The notes below the pieces were generated by a model that was not told the origin of the DNA, did no database searches, and saw only the letters and a program-made list of their open reading frames with translations. Source: Thermodesulfobacteriota bacterium (GTDB taxonomy: Bacteria > Desulfobacterota > Desulfobacteria > Desulfobacterales > SURF-7). From it: a stretch of DNA of 20,907 nt. Of this stretch, positions 7,413 to 17,756 are shown in pieces (position 1 is the stretch's first letter; every line of letters starts with the position of its first letter). Location: NCBI GenBank assembly GCA_049320885.1, contig JBMORA010000026.1, positions 1 through 20,907 on the forward strand, in the 5' to 3' direction. The position numbers and the translations under genes are program-made.

Positions 7413-7525
7413 TGCTGCAACGCTGGACAGCGACGGACGGCATCCGAATCGGTTGTCCGGTCTGACCGGAAGCCGCCCGCAGTCCCTTTTTCCGTATGAA
7501 TTCATTGGATAAAAAGGAGTCGGTG

Positions 7526-7732
7526 ATGAATACGATCGATGCCCTGAAACAACAACTGAAGGAACTGGAAGCGGAAATCGCGGAAACCAGAAAACGGCTG
7601 CCGGCCCACTCGGTCAAACCCCCGATCATGATGTGCCTGCTGGATCTGGAAGACCGGTATGAGGCCCTTTTGGAGCAGATCAGCGCAGCGGCCTCTTCGG
7701 CGCACGACCTTTCAAGGCGGCGGGAGTCATGA
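7526..7732 (+). CDS. small helical-hairpin / coiled-coil protein with RLPAHSVKP motif (68 aa)
   Basis: Strong SD AAGGAG (7514-7519) before the ATG at 7526; heptad helices either side of LPAHSVKP; ATGA overlap with the next gene. Confidence 0.75.
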   Translation: MNTIDALKQQLKELEAEIAETRKRLPAHSVKPPIMMCLLDLEDRYEALLEQISAAASSAHDLSRRRES

Positions 7733-8337
7733 AAACAGGCAGGGTATTTGAAACCACCTACCGGGAATATCTGAACCGGCTTGCGGGGATCGATCTTCGT
7801 CAACGGGCGGGAATGCTGGGCGGCAAGGTCATGGGGTCCGAACTTGTCATCCCGTTTTACGGGAAGCCCCACCGGGTTTCGGCAGGCGGCGTTCTGGACG
7901 CCGAGGGGAAACAATCCAACTTCGCCATTTGCATCGTGCTGTTCCAATACACCCTGATGTGCCCGGACCGGCTTCCGCTGGCCGGGGACTGGATGACGTT
8001 CCGCGATTTCAAGGATGCCGGTCCCCTGACCGGTTATTTCACCAGCAACACCAATCGCATCATCGAAACCACTTTCGGCGGGGACATCGCAGCACTTGAG
8101 AGAAAAAGCAGGCAGTTGGGCGGAATCGTCATGACTGACGGCGCCGCCTATGATTTTTCCGTACAGTTCACAGCCCTCCCCCGGATACCGGTCTTGCTGC
8201 GTTTCAATGGCCGGGATGGGGACTTGCCGGCCCAATGCACCATTTTGTTCCAGCAATCGGCCGGACTATTCCTGGATATGGAGTGCCTTGCCATTACCGG
8301 CACCTTTCTAGCTGGGAATCTCATCGCTCCGCCATAA
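7729..8337 (+). CDS. DUF3786 domain-containing protein
   Basis: Characteristic IPFYG, YTL..P, WMTFRDFKDAG...YF, LGG, FTALPRIPVLLRF, PAQCTILF and FLDMECLA segments. Confidence 0.85.
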   Translation: MKTGRVFETTYREYLNRLAGIDLRQRAGMLGGKVMGSELVIPFYGKPHRVSAGGVLDAEGKQSNFAICIVLFQYTLMCPDRLPLAGDWMTFRDFKDAGPLTGYFTSNTNRIIETTFGGDIAALERKSRQLGGIVMTDGAAYDFSVQFTALPRIPVLLRFNGRDGDLPAQCTILFQQSAGLFLDMECLAITGTFLAGNLIAPP

Positions 8338-8396
8338 ATCGGCCTTTTCCCTGCTCTCCTTGTCCGGGCGATGGCCCCTCGTGGAAAACGCCCGTC

Positions 8397-8431
8397 AAAA
8401 AAATGGGGCGCTTTTTGGAAAGCGCCCCATT
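8397..8431 (-). terminator. intrinsic terminator of the dsrTMKJOP operon
   Basis: 13-bp perfect stem AATGGGGCGCTTT / AAAGCGCCCCATT (8402-8431) with a 4-nt loop. The A-tract at 8397-8403 gives a U-tail on the minus strand, about 30 nt after the dsrP stop. Confidence 0.85.
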
Positions 8432-8459
8432 GGTATGCACACCGGAAATCAGTGATGAA

Positions 8460-9617
8460 TTATACCGTCACCTCTTCCTTTACTCCCACTGCGATCTTGT
8501 ACAGGATCGTCAAAACCAGAAAACCTGCAGCCCAAACACCGATGGTGATAATGGCTTCCAGCAGGGTGGGAACATACTCGTTCACCTGATGAAAGGGGTT
8601 GGGAACGAATCCGCCGGAAATCAGCCCGAGTCCTTTGTCGATCCAGGCGCCGACAAACAGCATCGCGCAGGCCACGCCCAGGGTGGTTTCATTGGCGCGG
8701 GTGGCCGGATTCACCAGCAGGATAATGGCCACCACCATCAAGGCCATGGCCAGCCACATCCAGGGTACCAGGACCCCGTGGCCGTGAAGGCCGAAAAAGA
8801 GGTACTGGAGATGGGTCAGATGCTCGGGTATGTTGCTGTACATGGCCACGAAGACTTCGCAGACGAAGAAGAACACATTGGCGATCAGGGCGTAGGTGAC
8901 GATTTTGGCCACTGCCTGGATGGCTTCCTTGCCCGGATCGAATTTCGTGAACTTGCGGATGATGAAGCACAGCAAAATCAGGAACGCCGGTCCGGCGGCG
9001 AAGGCCGACGCCAGAAAGCGGGGCGCCAGGATGGCCGTAAGCCAGAATCCCCGTCCCGGGAGGCCGCAATACAACCAGGCGGTCACCGTATGAATGCCGA
9101 AAGCCCAGGGAATCGACAGGTAGATGAACGGCTTGATCCATTTGGGAGGCGCCACGCCGTTCCGTTCGGATTCGAGCACGATCCAGCCCACGAAAATGTT
9201 CAGAAACAGGTAGCCGTTCAGAACGATCATATCCCAGAACAGCATGGAACGGGGTGTGGGATACAGCAGCACATTCAGAGCGCGCATGGGCTGCCCCAGA
9301 TCGGCGATGATGAACATCAGGCACATGGAAATGGCCGAAACCGCCAGGAACTCGCCCAGGATGGTGATCTTGCCAAATTTCTTATAATTGTGCAGATAAT
9401 AGGGCAGCACCACCATGACGCCTCCGGCCGCTACACCGACCAGGAAAGTGAACTGGGCGATATAAAACCCCCAGGTCACGTCCCGGTTGAGACCGGTGAT
9501 TCCGAGACCGAATGTGAACTGCTTCAGATAAACCAGAAAACCGATGCCGGCAACGCCTGCCAGAGCCAGCACCAACAGCCAATATTTTTTGCTTCCTTTT
9601 ACCGCCAGTTCAAGCAT
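8460..9617 (-). CDS. dsrP: DsrP, NrfD/PsrC-family membrane subunit of the DsrMKJOP complex
   Basis: GLGITGLNRDVTWGFYIAQFTFLVGVAAG, ADLGQP, SIPWAFGIHTVTA, LAPRFLASAF, WIDKG; about 10 hydrophobic helices; last gene of the operon. Confidence 0.96.
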   Translation of the reverse strand: MLELAVKGSKKYWLLVLALAGVAGIGFLVYLKQFTFGLGITGLNRDVTWGFYIAQFTFLVGVAAGGVMVVLPYYLHNYKKFGKITILGEFLAVSAISMCLMFIIADLGQPMRALNVLLYPTPRSMLFWDMIVLNGYLFLNIFVGWIVLESERNGVAPPKWIKPFIYLSIPWAFGIHTVTAWLYCGLPGRGFWLTAILAPRFLASAFAAGPAFLILLCFIIRKFTKFDPGKEAIQAVAKIVTYALIANVFFFVCEVFVAMYSNIPEHLTHLQYLFFGLHGHGVLVPWMWLAMALMVVAIILLVNPATRANETTLGVACAMLFVGAWIDKGLGLISGGFVPNPFHQVNEYVPTLLEAIITIGVWAAGFLVLTILYKIAVGVKEEVTV

Positions 9618-9624
9618 GGTTACC

Positions 9625-10413
9625 TCACACGATGTAGTATACGGCCGGGCCGGTGCCCAGCGCGGGTTTCCGCCGGATGGTGAAATTTGTTTTCAACAGT
9701 TTACGGACGTCGGACGCCGGATCTTCCAGATCGCCGAAGGCGATGGCGCCGTTGGAGGCCTCGACGCAGGCCGGCATTTGGCCGACGGATAGTCTTTCCG
9801 CACAGAAATTGCATTTTTCGACCACGCCGCGCATGCGGGTTGGAAATTCGGGATCGATTTCCTTGATGAACGGCCGGGGATCCCTGAAATTAAAACTTCG
9901 GGAACCATAGGGGCATGCGGCCATGCAAAACCGGCAGCCGATGCAGCGGTGGAAATCCATGATGACGATGCCGTCTTCCCGTTTGAAGGTCGCCTTGGTG
10001 GGGCAGGCCCGGACACAGGAAGGATTTTCACAGTGATTGCACAGCACGAGAACCGGCAGTTGCTCGGAACGTTCATCGAGATACTTGCTTTCCAGATCCG
10101 GGAAGACATGCTTGTACTCTTCGTGCCAAATCCACTTGATTTCATGACGCACTTCTTCCATCTCCGGAACATTGTGCCGGGAATGGCAGGCCTTGATGAT
10201 CGGCTCCATGGCTTCGGCCTTATCCAGTTTGCGGGTGTCGATCACCATTCCCCATTGCGTGGCCGTGAGGGCCTTTTCCCCTCGATGGGTCTGAACCTGG
10301 GTTTCCGCTCCATGCTCGTTGGAAGAGGCGAAAACATCCAGCACCGGCTTTGATCCAATTCCGAGCGCGGTCAGGCCCGCTATTTTCAAAAAGCTTCTTC
10401 GGCTGTTTTCCAT
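9625..10413 (-). CDS. dsrO: DsrO, Tat-exported ferredoxin-like Fe-S subunit
   Basis: Tat motif SRRSFLK; CNHCENPSCVRAC, CIGCRFCMAAC, KCNFC...PAC. Start at 10413 (TAATG overlap with dsrJ; GGAGG SD). Confidence 0.95.
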   Translation of the reverse strand: MENSRRSFLKIAGLTALGIGSKPVLDVFASSNEHGAETQVQTHRGEKALTATQWGMVIDTRKLDKAEAMEPIIKACHSRHNVPEMEEVRHEIKWIWHEEYKHVFPDLESKYLDERSEQLPVLVLCNHCENPSCVRACPTKATFKREDGIVIMDFHRCIGCRFCMAACPYGSRSFNFRDPRPFIKEIDPEFPTRMRGVVEKCNFCAERLSVGQMPACVEASNGAIAFGDLEDPASDVRKLLKTNFTIRRKPALGTGPAVYYIV

Positions 10414-10800
10414 TACATCGCCTCCTTCGGTGCATTGTGGCAATCCCAGCAGTATGGTCTTACCGAAGCGTAATCATGGCATTTGTCGCAAAACTCGACT
10501 TTGCTGGTATGACATCCCATACAGGAATTTTCACCCGTGGAAAGGCTCATGTTGAATTCCTTCCCGTTGGTGCTTTTATACATCCGTTCGTCCGTCCGCA
10601 CGACGGTGTTCCGCCATTTGTCCAGGATCTGCATGTGTCCGGCCTTCATTTCCTCTTTCGGCAACACGCAATACCCCGCGGCCTTGGCCTTGGGGGCGAT
10701 CACCGGCTCGGGCGCCGGCGCGGCCTTGCCGAAATTGTACCAAAGCGGGGACAATATGATAACGGTGAAAACAACCAGTCCGGTGATGATCCATTTTTTA

Positions 10801-10808
<8 letters not shown>
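10413..10808 (-). CDS. dsrJ: DsrJ, triheme cytochrome c
   Basis: N-terminal membrane anchor; CVLPKEEMKAGHM; three CxxCH motifs (CMGCH, CDKCH, CWDCH). Start at 10808 after GGAGG. Confidence 0.96.
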
Positions 10809-12429
<1,621 letters not shown>

Positions 12430-12430
12430 A

Positions 12431-13471
12431 TTATTCTAGCTCCTTTTCAACAGGGAGTCCCGCTTCGATCATCTTCTCCCTGAAATCGTCTTCGTATTCT
12501 TCGTAAGTATGAACCTTGACCGGGTAATTCCAAGGATTGACATGCCGCCGCGCGCGGGTATCCGTGGTCAGATTGCGCGTGGGGCTCAGAAAAACCCCTC
12601 CCAGATGCATCAGCTTACTGAACGGGAAATACGCCAGCAGCACCGTGACTAAAAAAATATGGATGTAAAACAGACTGCCCACGGCGGCGGGAACAACCGG
12701 TTTCAAGGTCACCAACCCATGGGCAAGGGCCTTGATCGCCACGATGTCCGTCTTGACGACATACCGCATCATGATGCCGGTCAGGGCGATGGCCATGATC
12801 AGAAAGAGCGGGAAATAATCGGCCGCCAGGGAAAAATACCGGATCTTCGGGCTGAACACTCTCCGGAGGAACAGGAATATGACGGCGCCCAGCAACACCA
12901 GGCCGGACATGTAAATTCCGGGAAGCCCGACATCGATAAAATCGTAGAAGATTTCAATGCGGAAAAACCCGTCCAGATTTTCCAGGAGCTGAATCACCAT
13001 GGGCACCGGTTCAAAGAAAAAGCGCATATGCCGGAGGACCACCACGAGAAAGGAATAATGGAAAGCCAGGGCGAACACCCACAGCCAGATCTCCCACCGG
13101 TAAGTTATCCTGGTTCCCGCGCCCGTGTCCTTGAAGGCCATCTGGGTGTTGCGGAACAGCGAACGGAAACAGAGAATCTCCAGGATCATCCGCAGGATGA
13201 CGCCGCCCGTGGTGGTGGGGTTGTCGATTTTCGCATGCTTGATCCAGGGAAAGGATTTTTGTTGACCGCAGGTCGTGGGAATCCGGAAGGGGACCGGCGA
13301 ACTGGCCCAGCCCATCACCCGATAGATGAACGCCACGACAAACGTCAACACGGCTGCATACGGCAAAACAACACCGAACAAGGATTGCAGCCCTAACCAT
13401 TCCACCCCCACATAGGCGATCAAACATAGCGCTACAACAGCGATGAGGGAAAACAGATAGTGAACATTCAT
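12431..13471 (-). CDS. dsrM: DsrM, NarI-like diheme cytochrome b
   Basis: SPVPFRIPTTCGQQKS, FRSLFRN, AFHYSF...RH, FYIHIFLV..L..YFPFSKLMH and RARRHVNPWN. Confidence 0.97.
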   Translation of the reverse strand: MNVHYLFSLIAVVALCLIAYVGVEWLGLQSLFGVVLPYAAVLTFVVAFIYRVMGWASSPVPFRIPTTCGQQKSFPWIKHAKIDNPTTTGGVILRMILEILCFRSLFRNTQMAFKDTGAGTRITYRWEIWLWVFALAFHYSFLVVVLRHMRFFFEPVPMVIQLLENLDGFFRIEIFYDFIDVGLPGIYMSGLVLLGAVIFLFLRRVFSPKIRYFSLAADYFPLFLIMAIALTGIMMRYVVKTDIVAIKALAHGLVTLKPVVPAAVGSLFYIHIFLVTVLLAYFPFSKLMHLGGVFLSPTRNLTTDTRARRHVNPWNYPVKVHTYEEYEDDFREKMIEAGLPVEKELE

Positions 13472-13534
13472 CGACTCATACCTCTTTCTTCCGGCCCCCG
13501 GGTCAGGACCTGACCGCCGGCGGCCCGTTGCATA

Positions 13535-14077
13535 TTAGACGTTTGATTCCGCAAGCCCCGAATCTCCATCCGGGGTCTCCGTAAGTAATCCGGCACGTTT
13601 GAATGCTTTGTATACCTTGCTCTTCTCTTGATTCGCCTTGATATCGTACAGTCTTTCCCGGCAGCCCATATAGATATCAAAACCGAGCAGCATCAGCACA
13701 TCGATCTGCTCTTCCAATTCACCAAGGTCTTCTCCGACGGACAATGTCCGGTCCTGGTTTTTCACGAATTCACGGATGATTTTTTTCAGCGGCAGAATGA
13801 AACCGACGGCTTGTGAAGGGGAAAAATCCTGAACGGCACGAATCCGGATGACAGGGTCCAGAAAACGGATGACAGCTTCCCGCTCCGGCCCCCCGGCGAG
13901 TTCGTCGATGATCCCTTCCATACCCCGGATCAGGGAGTTTCCGACCGGATTGGCGAACGGATCCTTCTGGTTTTTTAAAAAACCGGCGGTTTCCAGCTGG
14001 TACGCATCGGCCACGACATCGAACCATTTTTTCAGGATGGCCGCCTTATGCTGTTTCACCAGTTCCCCGAGTCCCAT
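13535..14077 (-). CDS. dsrT: DsrT (RsbRD N-terminal domain protein)
   Basis: ILKKWF...Y..ETA.FL...KDPFANPVG, IRIRAVQDFSPSQAVGF and FDIYMGCRERLY; canonical position upstream of dsrM; GGAGG SD. Confidence 0.92.
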   Translation of the reverse strand: MGLGELVKQHKAAILKKWFDVVADAYQLETAGFLKNQKDPFANPVGNSLIRGMEGIIDELAGGPEREAVIRFLDPVIRIRAVQDFSPSQAVGFILPLKKIIREFVKNQDRTLSVGEDLGELEEQIDVLMLLGFDIYMGCRERLYDIKANQEKSKVYKAFKRAGLLTETPDGDSGLAESNV

Positions 14078-14184
14078 TTTCTTCCTCCGGCCGGCCGGAT
14101 CTCCCGGCCTGCCCGCAACCCGCTGATCCCAATTTCTATATCTTTAAATATCATCCACATACGAACAAAAAACCAAGAAGGTGT

Positions 14185-14213
14185 TTTATAGACGAGTCCC
14201 TTTTTCATGTCAA
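14185..14213 (-). promoter_or_regulatory. sigma70 promoter of dsrTMKJOP
   Basis: Minus-strand TTGACA (14213-14208), 17-bp spacer, TATAAA (14190-14185); about 100-nt leader to dsrT. Confidence 0.8.
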
Positions 14214-14386
14214 GAACAAACAGCCCCTGTGGCGTCATTTACATATTTATCGCGACCCGGAATAAACAGGCTCTTGATATTGAGAACTATATTGAGTATG
14301 TCGTGAGATAAGACACCGGCGATCCGGTTTCGCCCGGCTGCCTCTCCCCCATGCCGAACCATGGATTCTTGATCACACGCGAGAAT

Positions 14387-15874
14387 ATGAAGAGCTATCT
14401 GTTCTACGATACGGAAACCTCCGGTTTGAACCAGGCCTTCGACCAGATTCTGGAGTTTGCGGCCATCCGCACGGACCTCTCCCTGAACGAAATCGAACGC
14501 TGCTCCATCCAGGTGAGACTCCGGCCGGATGTGATCATCTCTCCCCGCGCCATGATCACCCATCGGATCTCCATTCAAAGAGCGATTTCCGCGGCGACCT
14601 GCGAATACGAGGCGGCGAGACAAATCCACAGCCTGGTCAACGAGCCCGGCACCATCAGCATCGGTTATAATTCCCTCGGCTTTGACGATGATTTCCTGCG
14701 CTTCACGTTTCATCGCAACCTGTTGCCGCCCTACACCCATCAATACGGCAATGGATGCCGGCGCATGGACCTGTTCCCCATGACCATCTGTTTCCATCTG
14801 TATAAAAGCGACCATCTTGCATGGCCGCTGAAAGACGGCAGGACGACCCTGAAACTGGAGCAACTGAACGCCGCGAACCGTCTGGCGGACGGTCGTGCTC
14901 ATGACGCCATGACGGACACGGAAGTCGCCCTGGCGCTGGCGCGCAGGTTGAAATCGGCAACCGCCATGTGGGAATACCTCGGAGAGGCCTTCTCCAAAGA
15001 TGTGGACGCAAAGCGCATGGAACAACTACCGGTCTGCATTCCATCGGCCGGCGGAGGTCATCGCCTGGGCCTGATCATCGGCGGTGAATACGGGCCTGAC
15101 CAGCTGTATCAGGCCCCGGCTTTATCCATCGGCCGTTCCGTTCCCTACGGCAACCAAACCCTCTGGCTGCGGCTGGACCGGCCGGAATTGTCGGAAGTCC
15201 GGATGGACACCATCGCCGAGAACACCTGGGTGGTCCGAAAACGAAAAGGCGAACCTCCGATCATTCTTCCGCCCCACGACCGTTTTTGGCAATTACTGGA
15301 CCCGGCACGCCGGGCTTTGGTCGACGACAACATCTCCTTCCTCAAGTCCCGGGATGAGCTGCTGCGCGCCATCATCGCTTACCATCGAGATTTCGAGTAC
15401 CCGTTTATCCCCGATCTGGATGCGGATGCCGCCCTCTTCCAGATGGGCTTCCCGGACCGGGAGGAGCAGGAACGCTGCCGGCGCTTTCACCTTCTGCCGC
15501 TTTCCGAAAAGCAGGCCATGATCGACCGCTTTGCAACCCCTGAAATCCGAATTCTCGCCGGAAGAATTATCGGGCGAAATTATCCACGACAGTCCCTGCC
15601 GGCCGGACTGGAAAAAGAATTTCAGCGCCACATGCGGCGTGTCAATCCGGAAAACGGGCAGAACGCTCTCGTGGATTTCAAGGGCCAGCGCCGGACGACG
15701 CCCGTTTCGGCGCTTATGGAAATAGCCGGGATGCTGCATGACGGCGGCCTCGACGACGAACAACGAAAACTGCTGGAGGATTTACAGACGTATATTCGAC
15801 AACAATTCTATCCCGGCTTCAATGGTGAATTGCCACCTGATACAGCAGGCAAGATCGAAACCGTTCCCGCATGA
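14387..15874 (+). CDS. sbcB: exodeoxyribonuclease I (DEDDh 3'-5' ssDNA exonuclease)
   Basis: ExoI motif FYDTETSG, ExoII motif GYNSLGFDDDFLR, LKLEQL..AN, ExoIII motif AHDAMTD; C-terminal DADAALFQMGF and RIIGRNYP as in ExoI. Start at ATG 14387. Confidence 0.85.
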   Translation: MKSYLFYDTETSGLNQAFDQILEFAAIRTDLSLNEIERCSIQVRLRPDVIISPRAMITHRISIQRAISAATCEYEAARQIHSLVNEPGTISIGYNSLGFDDDFLRFTFHRNLLPPYTHQYGNGCRRMDLFPMTICFHLYKSDHLAWPLKDGRTTLKLEQLNAANRLADGRAHDAMTDTEVALALARRLKSATAMWEYLGEAFSKDVDAKRMEQLPVCIPSAGGGHRLGLIIGGEYGPDQLYQAPALSIGRSVPYGNQTLWLRLDRPELSEVRMDTIAENTWVVRKRKGEPPIILPPHDRFWQLLDPARRALVDDNISFLKSRDELLRAIIAYHRDFEYPFIPDLDADAALFQMGFPDREEQERCRRFHLLPLSEKQAMIDRFATPEIRILAGRIIGRNYPRQSLPAGLEKEFQRHMRRVNPENGQNALVDFKGQRRTTPVSALMEIAGMLHDGGLDDEQRKLLEDLQTYIRQQFYPGFNGELPPDTAGKIETVPA

Positions 15875-15887
15875 AAGCAGGTAATGA

Positions 15888-16424
15888 ATGATGATGAAAT
15901 TTCTGAAAGCCCTCGTTTCCATCGCCATCGGGGTCGTATTGGCCCATATCGGTCATTATCTCTATTTCATCCATATCACGGAAAAAACCGATACCGGCAT
16001 TCCCGCCCGGTTCGCCATGGCGGTGGACGCATCCCTGCCGGCGCTCAAGGCTCTGATTCACGCCCTCATCATCTCCATACCCTGGATATTATCGCTGTCC
16101 GTAATCGGCGCCGGGGTCATTCTCTTTCTGAGATATAAAGAAAACATGATCATCAGCGACAAATTACGGAATGCGGAAGATGTCTATCGCGAGGCTGAAA
16201 AAGAGTTGCACCTGTATCGCACCCTGGTGAAAAAATGCCAGGAGGATTACGCCCGCAAGGAAAAGATACTCTCGGTCCGAAACGCAAAACTCGAGAAGAA
16301 ACTGAAGGAAGATTTTGAAAAAAACAAAGCACCCTATACGGAAGAAATCAAACGTCTGAAACAGGAAAAAGTGGAACTGCGCGAATCCGTCGCCAAACTC
16401 ATGAGCGCCCTGAAACAGAAATGA
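15888..16424 (+). CDS. hypothetical membrane protein (two N-terminal hydrophobic helices, C-terminal charged coiled coil)
   Basis: Hydrophobic LVSIAIGVVLAHIGHYLYFI and LIISIPWILSLSVIGAGVILFL, followed by about 90 aa of E/K-rich heptads; 13 bp after sbcB. Exact start among three tandem Met codons is uncertain. Confidence 0.75.
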   Translation: MMMKFLKALVSIAIGVVLAHIGHYLYFIHITEKTDTGIPARFAMAVDASLPALKALIHALIISIPWILSLSVIGAGVILFLRYKENMIISDKLRNAEDVYREAEKELHLYRTLVKKCQEDYARKEKILSVRNAKLEKKLKEDFEKNKAPYTEEIKRLKQEKVELRESVAKLMSALKQK

Positions 16425-16434
16425 AAGAAACCAG

Positions 16435-16463
16435 TTGACTTGATCCCCTCCAGCGGCTATATT
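16435..16463 (+). promoter_or_regulatory. sigma70 promoter of the hisI operon
   Basis: TTGACT (16435-16440), 17-bp spacer, TATATT (16458-16463), about 50 bp upstream of the hisI ATG. Confidence 0.75.
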
Positions 16464-16512
16464 AAAAATTTTAGGAATTAATTCGATAAGATAGACAGAA
16501 AGCACCCGCGCC

Positions 16513-16884
16513 ATGGAACTTGATTTCAGCAAATTTAACGGGCTGTTACCCGCCATCGCCCAGGATTACCTTACCGGTGAGGTTCTGATGCTTGCCTTTA
16601 TGAACGCGGAGGCCTGGTCCGCGACCACCGCCAGCGGCAAGGCCACTTATTACAGCCGCAGCCGCAACAAATTATGGGTAAAAGGAGAAACATCGGGCCA
16701 TGTCCAACTGGTCAAGGAAATCCGGATTGACTGCGACAACGACACGGTTCTGCTGAAAGTGGAGCAGATCGGCGGGGCGGCATGTCACACCGGCCACCGG
16801 AGCTGTTTTCACCGCAAATATGAAAACGGGACCGTCACCACAACCGACACGCCGGTTTTTAATCCCAAGGAGGTTTATAAATGA
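16513..16884 (+). CDS. hisI: phosphoribosyl-AMP cyclohydrolase (monofunctional)
   Basis: [32 protein letters not shown] and [10 protein letters not shown]. Confidence 0.97.
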   Translation: MELDFSKFNGLLPAIAQDYLTGEVLMLAFMNAEAWSATTASGKATYYSRSRNKLWVKGETSGHVQLVKEIRIDCDNDTVLLKVEQIGGAACHTGHRSCFHRKYENGTVTTTDTPVFNPKEVYK

Positions 16885-17756
16885 CCCAGATGCTCAAACT
16901 CGGCATCCCCAAAGGAAGCCTTCAGGATGCGACCGTGGCCCTGTTTCGACGGTCGGGCTGGAAAATCAATGTCAACGGTCGCAGCTATTTCCCGGACATC
17001 AATGATCCGACGCTTCGTTGCGCCCTATGCCGCGCCCAGGAAATGTCCATCAATGTGGAAAATGGGACCCTGGACGCCGGCCTGACCGGCAAGGACTGGA
17101 TCGCGGAAAACAACTCGGACGTCCATGTGGTCACCGACCTGATATACTCGAAGGTCAGCGCCCGTCCCGCGCGCTGGGTTCTTGCGGTGGCCTATGACTC
17201 GCCGGCCCAAAAACTGGAAGATCTGGAAGGCAAAAAGATATCCACCGAACTCGTCGGTTTCACCAAGCGCTTCTTCGCCGACCGCGGAATCAACGTACGG
17301 GTGGAATTCTCCTGGGGCGCCACGGAAGCCAAAGTCGTATCCGGTCTGGCGGACGCCATCGTCGAGATCACCGAGACGGAAAGCACCATCAAGGCTCACG
17401 GACTCCGCATCATTCATGAATTGATGCAGACCAACACCCAGCTCATCGCCAACCACGCCGCTTTCAAGGATCCGCTGAAACGAAAAAAAATCGAACAGAT
17501 CGCCCTGCTCCTCAAGGGTGCCTTGCTGGGCGAAAAACTGGTGGGTTTAAAAATGAACGTTCCGGAGGCCCGCATCCAGGATGTCGTCAGTCTGTTGCCC
17601 AGCCTCCATGCGCCGACGGTCGCCCATCTCTACCAGTCCGACTGGTTTTCCGTGGAAACCATGGTGGATTCCGATGTGGTCAGGGATTTGATCCCCCAAC
17701 TGCTGGAAAAAGGAGCGGAAGGCATCGTGGAATATCCCCTGAACAAAGTGGTGTAA
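16881..17756 (+). CDS. hisG: ATP phosphoribosyltransferase, long form
   Basis: [39 protein letters not shown]-terminal regulatory domain with LPSLHAPTV and GAEGIVE. Confidence 0.97.
   Translation: MTQMLKLGIPKGSLQDATVALFRRSGWKINVNGRSYFPDINDPTLRCALCRAQEMSINVENGTLDAGLTGKDWIAENNSDVHVVTDLIYSKVSARPARWVLAVAYDSPAQKLEDLEGKKISTELVGFTKRFFADRGINVRVEFSWGATEAKVVSGLADAIVEITETESTIKAHGLRIIHELMQTNTQLIANHAAFKDPLKRKKIEQIALLLKGALLGEKLVGLKMNVPEARIQDVVSLLPSLHAPTVAHLYQSDWFSVETMVDSDVVRDLIPQLLEKGAEGIVEYPLNKVV

Noticed and set aside
7456..7465. TCCGGTCTGA resembling part of a c-di-GMP-I riboswitch
   Set aside because: The preceding GGCAAA and GACGCAAAGC conserved elements are absent.
13468..13479. Tiny ATG-AGT-CGA-TGA ORF overlapping the dsrM start
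   Set aside because: It directly abuts the SD that is correctly spaced for dsrM, so it is unlikely to be translated as a leader peptide.
14161..14178. Possible Rex operator (ACGAACAAAAAACCAAGA) at the dsrT transcription start
   Set aside because: The position is attractive because Rex represses dsrMKJOP in Desulfovibrio, but the match to TTGTGAA-N4-TTCACAA is too poor to call without a lineage-specific matrix.
14284..14299. Single NrdR-like 16-mer upstream of sbcB (GAACTATATTGAGTAT)
   Set aside because: Mismatch at a core position and no partner box at 31-32 bp; compatible with an ordinary AT-rich promoter.
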